Assembly: GCA_018970425.1 (NCBI GenBank)
Contig: JAGWWK010000002.1
Span: 7,891-71,890 of the forward strand
DNA length: 64,000 nt
Source of the DNA: Patescibacteria group bacterium
Lineage (GTDB): Bacteria; Patescibacteriota; Minisyncoccia; Phycocordibacterales; Phycocordibacteraceae
Direction of reading: 5' to 3'
Positions 55,828 through 64,000 of the stretch are shown here, one piece after another. The position numbers and the translations under genes were made by a program. A model generated the notes under the pieces. That model saw nothing but the letters and a program-made list of their open reading frames with translations. It was not told the DNA's origin and made no database searches. Numbering within the stretch: position 1 is the stretch's first letter; every line of letters starts with the position of its first letter.

Positions 55828-57417
55828 CTAGGAAGAGATATCAAGATAGCGTGCGGCTTCCGCAAAGGTCAAGCCGTACTTCTTTCCTGGGTTGAAAATG
55901 CCCTGCGGGTCAAAAATACGCTTCACGCGACCAAAAAGCTCATACATCTCATGCCCGAACATTTGTTCAACAAATGGCGTACGCACATAGCCGTCATTAT
56001 GTTCACCGGTTATTGACCCGCGATACTCAAGCACTAGGTCGTAGACCCGCCGCGACAGTGTCTCAATCACGGTACGCATCGTCGGATCCTTCGGATCGAT
56101 GAGTGGAATAATATGAAAGTTACCGTCACCAACGTGGCCCGCAATGGTATAGAGGAAGCGATATTCACCAAGTATTTTTTCAAGACGTGGCAAAAATTCT
56201 GACAGTACCGCAGGCGGCACCACAAAGTCATCAATAAATGGCGCAGTGCGCTTGCCGCGAATCTTTTTTCGTAGGAGATTAAAACTTTCACGACGTATGA
56301 CCCAGTACTTGCGCGCGGCACGTTCACTCCGCGCGACGCGCACGCTGATATGCGGCACATGCGCTCTGAGGTCGGCTGCTAACTTTTCCGCTTGTGCAAC
56401 GGCCGCTTCCTGCGTATCAGCCCTGAACTCGGCAAGTAAGACAAGCTTTGGCACGCCACCAAGAAGTGCCATCATAACCTCCGGCAAAAATGATATGCCA
56501 ATACTGAACAGGTTTGCCTTCATTTGCTGCGCGAATTCAAAAAAGTAGCGGGTCGCCAGCGTAAACGTATGGTCGTCATATGACTCAAATGAGTCAGGCT
56601 GATACGCGAGAATGCTCGGTACCAGAGCGCCGAGCGCATGCAAGTCTCGGATAAAAATTACTGCCATCGCGCTGAACGCCTTTGGCTGTACGAGGCGGAA
56701 TTTGATTTTAGTGAGTATCCCGAGAGTTCCCTGCGCACCCGTCATCAAACGCGCGATATTTGGCGAAGCTGGGTCAAGATCCCAAAGCGCGTACCCGGAC
56801 GAGTTCTTACGCACTTCGGGTCGATGTGCGGCTATGAGGTCACGATGCTCAGTAAGAAGCGTTGAAAGCTCTAGCGTAAACTCGTCTTTTGTCCCTCGAC
56901 CGTAGGTCCGTACTGATCCGTCAGCCATGACCGCTTCGACCTCCTCCACATACGCGTCAGTCTTTCCGTACTTGAGATGCTTTTCTCCACCAGCGTTATT
57001 TCCGACCATGCCACCTACAGCGCAGATGTAGCGGCTCGCTGTGTAACTCGGTAGTTCGTACCCACGCGCGCGCGTCGCGGCATCAAAATCTTTAAACAAG
57101 ACGCCTGGCTCCGTTATGGCGTACCCTTCGCCCACTTCAAGTACGCGATTCATGTGCGCCATCACGTCTACAACCACGGACTGCGTCAGCGGCCCTCCCG
57201 ACATGCACGTACCCGCAGCGCGCGGTGTAAGCGACACTCCCGGATGCGTAGCGGCGTACTTTACGAGAGCGCTTATGTCTGCGGCATCTCGCGGACGCAC
57301 CACAACTGCGGGCCGTACGCGATAGAGTGAGGCGTCAGTACTGTACGCTGTAAGCGTTGCGTCGTCAGACAGTACCTCTCCTCGCACAAGAGCGGCGAGA
57401 TCATCATGGAGACTCAT
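55828..57417 (-). CDS. FAD-binding oxidoreductase (GlcD/D-lactate dehydrogenase-like)
   Basis: R.AGT..SG, GGMVGNNAGG, GTLG, GH.GDGN.H, GEHNDG, DP.GIFNPGK. Confidence 0.88.
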   Translation of the reverse strand: MSLHDDLAALVRGEVLSDDATLTAYSTDASLYRVRPAVVVRPRDAADISALVKYAATHPGVSLTPRAAGTCMSGGPLTQSVVVDVMAHMNRVLEVGEGYAITEPGVLFKDFDAATRARGYELPSYTASRYICAVGGMVGNNAGGEKHLKYGKTDAYVEEVEAVMADGSVRTYGRGTKDEFTLELSTLLTEHRDLIAAHRPEVRKNSSGYALWDLDPASPNIARLMTGAQGTLGILTKIKFRLVQPKAFSAMAVIFIRDLHALGALVPSILAYQPDSFESYDDHTFTLATRYFFEFAQQMKANLFSIGISFLPEVMMALLGGVPKLVLLAEFRADTQEAAVAQAEKLAADLRAHVPHISVRVARSERAARKYWVIRRESFNLLRKKIRGKRTAPFIDDFVVPPAVLSEFLPRLEKILGEYRFLYTIAGHVGDGNFHIIPLIDPKDPTMRTVIETLSRRVYDLVLEYRGSITGEHNDGYVRTPFVEQMFGHEMYELFGRVKRIFDPQGIFNPGKKYGLTFAEAARYLDISS

Positions 57418-57450
57418 ATGCATATAGTAGCATCGCGGTATACTGCCTCT

Positions 57451-58437
57451 ATGAGCACTCTTGATTTTATTGCTGTGGGAGACACGGTCGTCGACGACTT
57501 TATAAAATTGCGCGATGCGCGCGTACACTGCCGCATTGCTGACGAGGACTGTGAAATCTGCATGCGATTTGGTGACAAAGTACCGTTCGAGTCGTCAACA
57601 ATTCTCTACGGAGTGGGTAATGCCGCAAATGCCGCCGTGGCTGCGCAGCGGCTCGGGCTGTCCGCGGGACTGGTAACAAATATGGGCGCTGACGCGCATG
57701 GAGACGCGATACTTAAAGCGCACCGCTCAGCCGGCTTAGACACCTCATTCGAAGTGCAGCACGAGGGCGCGCCGACAAACTACCACTACGTGCTCTGGTA
57801 TGAGGACGAACGCACCATCCTCATCAATCATCACCGGTACCCGTATGTATTCCCCGATTCATTGCCTGAACCGCGCATTCTCTATTTTTCTTCCATCGCA
57901 CCAGGCACGGAGTCATACCATGATGCGGTCGCCGCCTACCTTGAACGCTATCCGAACATTTTCTTCTGCTTTCAGCCGGGTACATTTCAGATCTCGCTCG
58001 GCCCTACGCGACTCGCCGTGCTGTACCGCCGTGCTAACCTCTGTGTTGTAAATAAAGAAGAAGCACAACGCATCCTGGGACTCCCGGATACCGCTGACGA
58101 TGTTCCCGAACTTCTCCAAAAACTTGCTGCGCTCGGTCCAAAGGTTGTCGTGATATCAGATGACACTCGCGGTGCATACGCTCTCGAAAACGGTAACGTT
58201 ATCCACCTCCCTATGTATCACGCACCGGAGCCGCCGCGCGAAAAAACTGGCGCGGGGGACGCGTTTACCGCAACAACCTGTGCGCTCTACGCGACTGGTA
58301 TGCCACTCAAAGACGCGATGCGGCGTGGGATGGTCAACGCATCGTTCGTGGTGCAACGCGTAGGAGCGCAAGAAGGTCTTGCAACACGCGATATGCTCGA
58401 CGCGGCCCTCGCTCAGCCTACGGATGAGATTCAGTAG
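57451..58437 (+). CDS. PfkB-family carbohydrate kinase
   Basis: GNAANAAV, N.EEA, TGAGDAF. Confidence 0.9.
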   Translation: MSTLDFIAVGDTVVDDFIKLRDARVHCRIADEDCEICMRFGDKVPFESSTILYGVGNAANAAVAAQRLGLSAGLVTNMGADAHGDAILKAHRSAGLDTSFEVQHEGAPTNYHYVLWYEDERTILINHHRYPYVFPDSLPEPRILYFSSIAPGTESYHDAVAAYLERYPNIFFCFQPGTFQISLGPTRLAVLYRRANLCVVNKEEAQRILGLPDTADDVPELLQKLAALGPKVVVISDDTRGAYALENGNVIHLPMYHAPEPPREKTGAGDAFTATTCALYATGMPLKDAMRRGMVNASFVVQRVGAQEGLATRDMLDAALAQPTDEIQ

Positions 58438-59068
58438 TACGGATGTGGCTATGATCGTTTAGCGTCATAAGACGCCACGACCCAAGGTCTCGGTCAACGA
58501 GATCTGCGACCGTCACTCCGGTATTTGAAATAAAAAGCTTGTGACGCACTTCGCGAAACGCCGAGGGACTGAATGCTTTTCCGAGTAAAATAATCCCGAC
58601 GAGGACTCGAATGAAACGCTCATGCGACACGACCACGACCCGCTCGAAACCAGTTCGTGAAAGGTAGTCGAGCACGGTGCGCGCTCGAAGCGTAAACTCC
58701 TCAAATGTCTCCTCGTCAGCATACCGCCACCCTGGCGACTCGTAGTGCGCTTCTATAGACGCGAGAATTCGTTCGGAGCGGGGATCGTTTTTCGGCGTTC
58801 CGATAAGTTCACTCGGTAGTCGCACCTCTGCAAGATACTCTGACTCCTGCACGAGGAGCTGTTTCACCTTCGCGGAAATAATATCGGCTGTCTGCCGCGC
58901 GCGCGGAAATGGCGACGTAAAAATAGAGTCAATCACGAGCTCAGACAGTTTGTCCGCGAGCGCACGCGCTTCTTGAATTCCGTCCGGTGAGAGAAAACCG
59001 TCCCGTGACTGACGAACATCAAGCGCGTTTCCCTCAGTCTGTCCATGGCGCACGATGTAGAGCCGCAT
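58418..59068 (-). CDS. histidine phosphatase family protein
   Basis: RHGQT, SP..RA.QTA, VVSH, N.G motifs. Confidence 0.9.
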   Translation of the reverse strand: MRLYIVRHGQTEGNALDVRQSRDGFLSPDGIQEARALADKLSELVIDSIFTSPFPRARQTADIISAKVKQLLVQESEYLAEVRLPSELIGTPKNDPRSERILASIEAHYESPGWRYADEETFEEFTLRARTVLDYLSRTGFERVVVVSHERFIRVLVGIILLGKAFSPSAFREVRHKLFISNTGVTVADLVDRDLGSWRLMTLNDHSHIRTTESHP

Positions 59069-59077
59069 ACGCGTATG

Positions 59078-60193
59078 TTACCGCACCGCACGGTACGGCT
59101 CTCGCGTTCCGCCCTTTGAAAGCACCACCTGCCAGAGCTGGTTTTCTCGCGCGCGGAACGTACCGGCGCATCCCAAGAGGTAGTAGCGCCACATGCGATA
59201 GAAACGTTCGCCGTATCGGGGAGCAAGTTGTGCCCACGCGGCGTCAAAGTTTTGCCACCACGCGGTGAGCGTCCGGTCGTAATAGGGTCCAAATGAGTGC
59301 CAATCTTCGAGTACAAAAAGACCTTCTAGCGCCCTCCCGATCTGCGCGACAGACGGAAGTACACCGTTTGGGAAGATGTACCGGTCGATCCAAGGATCAC
59401 CTACCTGCGTACTCGTATTTTGTCCGATCGTGTGCAGTACGAATAATCCGCCCGGCTTCAGTAGGTCATGTGCCTTCTGCATGTAGGTGCGGAAGTTTTT
59501 TGCCCCTACGGCTTCAAACATGCCGATCGACACAATGTGGTCATACGAGCCCGTCGTGTCACGATAATCCTCAAGAACTATTTCAACCGGCAGTCCTGCG
59601 GTATGTGTACGCGCATAGTCGCACTGCGCACTCGACACACTCGTACCACGTACGGTGGCCCCGTACTTTTCAGCTGCGAGTTTAGCGAACGAGCCGAAGC
59701 CGCAACCAATATCTAGCACGCTGTCTCCTGGCTTCAATCCGACTTTTCGCGCCACGAGATCGAGTTTTGCATATTGTGCGTCTGTGAGCGTCTCCGCGTC
59801 CGCCCAGTACGCGCAGGTGTATACCATCGACGGCCCGAGCATCGCTTCGTACAAGTCGTTTCCGAGGTCGTAATGCTCGTGCGCCACCTGAAAGGCGCGC
59901 GCTCGCGCCTGCATATTGCCGATAAGCGCGCGCCCCAGAGAAAACATGGACCTCATGTCGTATGAGATGCGCGCCTGAAACCGATGACGTGTTAGGCGCT
60001 CGAACAACCCCGGCAGATCATCGACATCCCACCAGCCGTCCATATATGACTCGCCCGCCGCGAGCGACCATCCGCCAAGAATACGTTCATAGACACGCTG
60101 GTCATGAACGTGCGGATCCCAAGGGTTCGGTCCGTTAAAAGTTATGCCGAGAGGCGCGACGATAGTTGCGAGCGTATCTTTCGCGCGTTGCAT
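59078..60193 (-). CDS. cfa: cyclopropane-fatty-acyl-phospholipid synthase
   Basis: GESYMDGWW, HYDLGNDLY, LDIGCG.G, SIGMFE.VG, YIFPNG, RMWRYYL. Confidence 0.94.
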   Translation of the reverse strand: MQRAKDTLATIVAPLGITFNGPNPWDPHVHDQRVYERILGGWSLAAGESYMDGWWDVDDLPGLFERLTRHRFQARISYDMRSMFSLGRALIGNMQARARAFQVAHEHYDLGNDLYEAMLGPSMVYTCAYWADAETLTDAQYAKLDLVARKVGLKPGDSVLDIGCGFGSFAKLAAEKYGATVRGTSVSSAQCDYARTHTAGLPVEIVLEDYRDTTGSYDHIVSIGMFEAVGAKNFRTYMQKAHDLLKPGGLFVLHTIGQNTSTQVGDPWIDRYIFPNGVLPSVAQIGRALEGLFVLEDWHSFGPYYDRTLTAWWQNFDAAWAQLAPRYGERFYRMWRYYLLGCAGTFRARENQLWQVVLSKGGTREPYRAVR

Positions 60194-60202
60194 AGCGACA
60201 TG

Positions 60203-61180
60203 CTACGACCTCTTTAGACAGCGCGCAACCGCATCTTGGATTGCCGTTCGATCAAGACCGTACTCACGATACAGTTCCGCAACGGTACCCGACTGCCCGA
60301 ACCGATCATGCACCGCAACAAACTCAATAGGCATCGGATGATGCGTCGCGAGGAACTCTGCGACCGCGCTCCCTAACCCTCCCGCGGCCTGGTGCTCTTC
60401 AACGGTCACCACTCCGCGGGTAGAGAGTGCGGTTCGATACAAGAGCTCAGCATCGAGTGGCTTTATGGTGTGCATATTAATGACAGTCGTGCGAATGCCG
60501 CGCGCTGCAAGCTCTTGTGCCGCGGCGAGCGCTTCTGTAAGCACTGGTCCACAGCCCACAATAGCTATCTGCGGTGCATCGCTCTCCCAGAGCGCATATC
60601 CTCGACCAATTTCAAACGGCGTCTCGCGCGTTGTGACGATCGGAGTCTTTTCCCGCGTAAAGCGTAGGTACGTGGGCCGGCCATTCGCCGCCGCGGCAAT
60701 CGTCGCCTTACGTGCCTCTTCAGCATCGATAGGCTGAATCACGACCATGTTCGGAAGCATGCGCATGAGTCCAATATCCTCAAGTGCCTGGTGCGTAGCG
60801 CCATCAGGGCCAACCGAAACGCCTGCATGCATACCGCAAATCTTTACCGGCACATTATTGAGCGCGATCGTCGTGCGTATCTGTTCATTATTCCTGCCAG
60901 GGTTGAACGCTGCGTACGAGGTTATGAATGGTATCTTTCCGTACTCGGCAAACCCGGCTCCAACCGCAGCTAAATTTTGCTCCGCAACGCCCAGTTCGAT
61001 GTAACGCGTTGGAAACTCTTTTTGAAACCATTCAGCGCGCGTACTCTCCGCAAGGTCGGCACACAAGACAACAACGCGCTCATCCGCTTTCCCTGCCTCA
61101 ACAACCCCCTTGCCGAATCCGTCGCGCGTAGGAGCGCGCGCAATCTGTGGCTCTTCGCGAATACTCAGTTCGTCACGCAT
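60203..61180 (-). CDS. tkt: transketolase, C-terminal subunit
   Basis: GVAEQN, DGATHQ, EEH...GGLG. Confidence 0.92.
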   Translation of the reverse strand: MRDELSIREEPQIARAPTRDGFGKGVVEAGKADERVVVLCADLAESTRAEWFQKEFPTRYIELGVAEQNLAAVGAGFAEYGKIPFITSYAAFNPGRNNEQIRTTIALNNVPVKICGMHAGVSVGPDGATHQALEDIGLMRMLPNMVVIQPIDAEEARKATIAAAANGRPTYLRFTREKTPIVTTRETPFEIGRGYALWESDAPQIAIVGCGPVLTEALAAAQELAARGIRTTVINMHTIKPLDAELLYRTALSTRGVVTVEEHQAAGGLGSAVAEFLATHHPMPIEFVAVHDRFGQSGTVAELYREYGLDRTAIQDAVARCLKRS

Positions 61181-62033
61181 ATTCTCCTGGTACAGCTGCT
61201 CCGCCCGTGCGGACCTGTTTTAAAAACTTTTCTGCTTCCGCCTTGCTCGGGGGCTTACCATGCCAGCGGAAATCAAACTCGATGTCCGGCACACCTTTAC
61301 CAGGAATCGTATGAGCAATGATCACCGTCGGTTTCTCATACACGGCGCGTGCAGAGTCACACGCGTCGACAATTTCTTCCATGTTGTGCCCGTTAATCTC
61401 TAACGTATGCCAACCAAACGCTTCGTACTTGTCGCGGAGCGGTTCTAACGGCATCACATCCTCCGTCATGCCGTTAATTTGAATATTATTCCGATCAATG
61501 ATCGCGGTCAGATTGCGCAATCGGTTCCTGCCTGCAAAAAGTGCAGCCTCCCAAATATTACCTGCCTGCTGCTCTCCGTCCGACATTATGCAGAACACCC
61601 GAAACTTTTTTCGATCCATGCGCGCGGCGTAGGCCTGCCCAGCAGCTTGCGAAAGTCCTGATCCGAGTGGCCCTGACGTCGTCTCAAGTCCTGGTAATCG
61701 CTCGCGCTCAGGGTGACCCTGCAGTCTTGAACCGAAAGACCTGAGCGTCAACGCCTCACTGGTCGGAAAGTAACCTGCAAGTGCCATCGCTGCGTACCTC
61801 ACCGGCGTAATATGGCCATTTGAAAGTATGAGTCTGTCGCGCTCGGACCAGAGTGGCTCTCCGGGGTTGTGATTCAAAATTTTAAAGTACAACGCAGCAA
61901 ATATATCTGCCATTCCTAACGGTCCAGCAGTGTGCCCGCTCCCTGCAGTCGCCAGCATTGTAATGAGGAGCGCGCGTATGTCCTCCGCGCGAGCAGCAAG
62001 GAGTGCCTCATCGTGATCAGTAAGAAGTGGCAT
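61173..62033 (-). CDS. tkt: transketolase, N-terminal subunit
   Basis: SGH, DR.ILS.GH, LQGHP, SDGE...G..WEA, N..Q TPP motif. Confidence 0.92.
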   Translation of the reverse strand: MPLLTDHDEALLAARAEDIRALLITMLATAGSGHTAGPLGMADIFAALYFKILNHNPGEPLWSERDRLILSNGHITPVRYAAMALAGYFPTSEALTLRSFGSRLQGHPERERLPGLETTSGPLGSGLSQAAGQAYAARMDRKKFRVFCIMSDGEQQAGNIWEAALFAGRNRLRNLTAIIDRNNIQINGMTEDVMPLEPLRDKYEAFGWHTLEINGHNMEEIVDACDSARAVYEKPTVIIAHTIPGKGVPDIEFDFRWHGKPPSKAEAEKFLKQVRTGGAAVPGEYA

Positions 62034-62701
62034 TAGAGTAGTGTGAATGACCGGTACGCGCTGAGCGGTGACTCGGCGCGGACAATCGCGGATCCGACGA
62101 CGAGTCGATCTGCGCCCGCCGCAATAAGTGACCGCGCATTCTCGAGCGTAACACCGCCGTCAATCTGTATCGTAACATCCGGAAATTCACGCCGAACGGC
62201 TGAGACGTGCGCGTACACCCGCTGATCAAGCTCTGACCCTTGAACGCCTAAGCGCTGAATACCCATAATCTGTATGTAATCGACGCGCGCAGCATACTCG
62301 TACAGTCGCTCGTACGGTGTCTCAAGATCTAGCGCTACGCCAATGGACGCAGTCGCGCCAACTGCGTCCGATAATTCTTTCCAATCGTGACGAGACCGAA
62401 GATGAAATACGACGCGATCAACACCAGCAGACACCCACTGATGCACATGCCGCTCCGGGTGATGCACCATAAGGTCCACCTCAAAATCAAATTCCTGCCA
62501 GTACGGTAGACCTTGATCTCCTCGCAAAATTTCGGTAAAGCGCGCTCTGTCTCTAGGGTGGTACGGCCATGTGCGCGTACGCACAAACATGCCGTCACAG
62601 ACATCGAGCTGTACGGCACGCGGTCCACCGTGAAGATGAGCAAGACGCGTTTCAAGCTCCTCAAAGCTATCCGGCAAAATCGCAGGAACAATCTCAACCA
62701 T
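62033..62701 (-). CDS. rpe: ribulose-phosphate 3-epimerase
   Basis: D.CDG.FV, DLMV, IDGGV, VGSAI; metal-binding His positions diverged. Confidence 0.85.
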   Translation of the reverse strand: MVEIVPAILPDSFEELETRLAHLHGGPRAVQLDVCDGMFVRTRTWPYHPRDRARFTEILRGDQGLPYWQEFDFEVDLMVHHPERHVHQWVSAGVDRVVFHLRSRHDWKELSDAVGATASIGVALDLETPYERLYEYAARVDYIQIMGIQRLGVQGSELDQRVYAHVSAVRREFPDVTIQIDGGVTLENARSLIAAGADRLVVGSAIVRAESPLSAYRSFTLL

Positions 62702-63164
62702 CGATTTGTGCGCGTCTTCGTACGTGGCGCTCGTCGGTCGAAGCTGGTGTGGCAATAAAGCGCTGAACCGCATCCCATCCTTCCTCATTCGTTACAAACC
62801 CTGCGCCGAGCGAGAGAACATTCGCGTCATTATGTGCCCGAGCGAGGTCCACGAGCTCGAGGCCACCACCGGCGTACACGGCCGCTCGCACGTGAGGCAC
62901 TCTGTTTGCTACCATCGCTTCTCCTTGACCTGACTTTCCAATAATAATCGCGCATGTCTGAGGCTCTGCCTGAACGCGGAGCGCGGCTGGCCGTACAGTG
63001 CGCGGATAGTCGTCGGCAGGGTCATATGTCAGAGGCCCGAGGTCGACCACGTCAATCTGTGCGGCGGTCAACTGCTTGAGTATAAAAGATTTCCGCTCAA
63101 ATCCCGCGTGATCTGACGCGAGAAAGACGCGCGTAAAAACACTAGGCACAGGTGCGGATGACAT
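62694..63164 (-). CDS. rpiB: ribose-5-phosphate isomerase B (RpiB/LacA/LacB family)
   Basis: ASDHAG, DDYP, SGQG..M.AN, HNDANVL.LG, RH.RR; start uncertain. Confidence 0.9.
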   Translation of the reverse strand: MSSAPVPSVFTRVFLASDHAGFERKSFILKQLTAAQIDVVDLGPLTYDPADDYPRTVRPAALRVQAEPQTCAIIIGKSGQGEAMVANRVPHVRAAVYAGGGLELVDLARAHNDANVLSLGAGFVTNEEGWDAVQRFIATPASTDERHVRRRAQIDG

Positions 63165-64000
63165 GACGGTAGAGCGTTGATACATAACCCCATTCATTAT
63201 CGTACCAGGCGCACACTTTAACGAGCGTTCCACCAACGACACGCGTCAGCTGAAGATCAGCAATCGCTCCGTACGGCATGCCGACAATGTCTGACGAGAC
63301 CAACTCCTCATCCGTTGCGGTAAACACACCTTGATACCGATGATCAGCAGCCGCAGTGCGAAGGATGGCATTTACCTCTTCGACACTCGTCGACCGCTTG
63401 GCGACGAATGTAACGTCCACAAGGGAGCCGCACGCAACAGGAGCGCGAATAGAAATACCATCAAAGCGTGCGTTGAACGCGGGCAACGCTTGCACAACGG
63501 CGAGTGCGGCTCCGGTAGATGTTGGTACCAAGTTTTGAGCGCCGGCCCGATACTCGCGCCGATTGTGTCCCTTTGTCATACCGTCTACTAGGGCCTGCGA
63601 TGCGGTGTACGCATGAGTTGTTGAAAGGAGTGCATTTTCTACTCCCAATGCTTCATCGAGAATGGCAAGAAGTGGCGCGCCCGCATTTGTCGTACATGAG
63701 CCGTTTGACGTAACAAATGATGGCGCGTAAGAGGCCTCATTTACTCCCATGAGAACAGTCGCACCATCTCGGTAGGTTCCGGCGTCTTTCGCGGGAGCGG
63801 TAATTACAACACGACGCGCGCCACCTGTGCGATGTACGGACGCCTTTTCAAATGAGTCATAGAAACCGGTCGCCTCAATGACCACATCCACACCGAGCTC
63901 CTTCCATGGAATTGCTGCAGCGTCTCGTATCGCTGTAATCTTAGTACTGCGATCCCCCGCAAACAATACGCCATTTTGCACGCGTACCGGAAACGGCGCA
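63142..64000 (-). CDS. gap: type I glyceraldehyde-3-phosphate dehydrogenase (5' end outside window)
   Basis: SCTTN, HAYTASQ, PTSTGAA, AWYDNEWGY. Confidence 0.95.
   Translation of the reverse strand, partial: APFPVRVQNGVLFAGDRSTKITAIRDAAAIPWKELGVDVVIEATGFYDSFEKASVHRTGGARRVVITAPAKDAGTYRDGATVLMGVNEASYAPSFVTSNGSCTTNAGAPLLAILDEALGVENALLSTTHAYTASQALVDGMTKGHNRREYRAGAQNLVPTSTGAALAVVQALPAFNARFDGISIRAPVACGSLVDVTFVAKRSTSVEEVNAILRTAAADHRYQGVFTATDEELVSSDIVGMPYGAIADLQLTRVVGGTLVKVCAWYDNEWGYVSTLYRHVIRTCA

Overview
Housekeeping-rich 64 kb segment of a small-genome bacterium. Gene content and compact organisation suggest Patescibacteria/CPR, probably Parcubacteria (inference); genetic code 11. It holds about 55 CDS (translation, chaperones, tRNA modification, base excision repair, redox repair, a gap-rpiB-rpe-tkt-cfa-pyk carbon cluster), 8 tRNAs and a compact RNase P RNA. 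No prophage, IS or CRISPR array was found. Main unexplained structures: (1) a tRNA-tail element in which an antisense and a sense copy of the adjacent tRNA 3' end bracket a length-conserved, covarying 65-nt core (tRNA-Glu and tRNA-Ser(GGA), with related forms at tRNA-Ser(CGA) and tRNA-Phe); (2) an unannotated attenuator-like unit (promoter, leader peptide, anti-antiterminator, antiterminator, terminator) upstream of a Cys/His microprotein, a methyltransferase and typA; (3) a tandemly duplicated two-gene surface module (membrane-anchored propeller-like protein plus a Cys-rich secreted protein with a recurring CxGGTLV...CC domain and shared APx[FY]EE tail); (4) a single-chain, organelle-type PheRS; (5) many genes with a -10 box 6 nt before the ATG, implying leaderless mRNAs. 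All calls are by eye; no searches were run.
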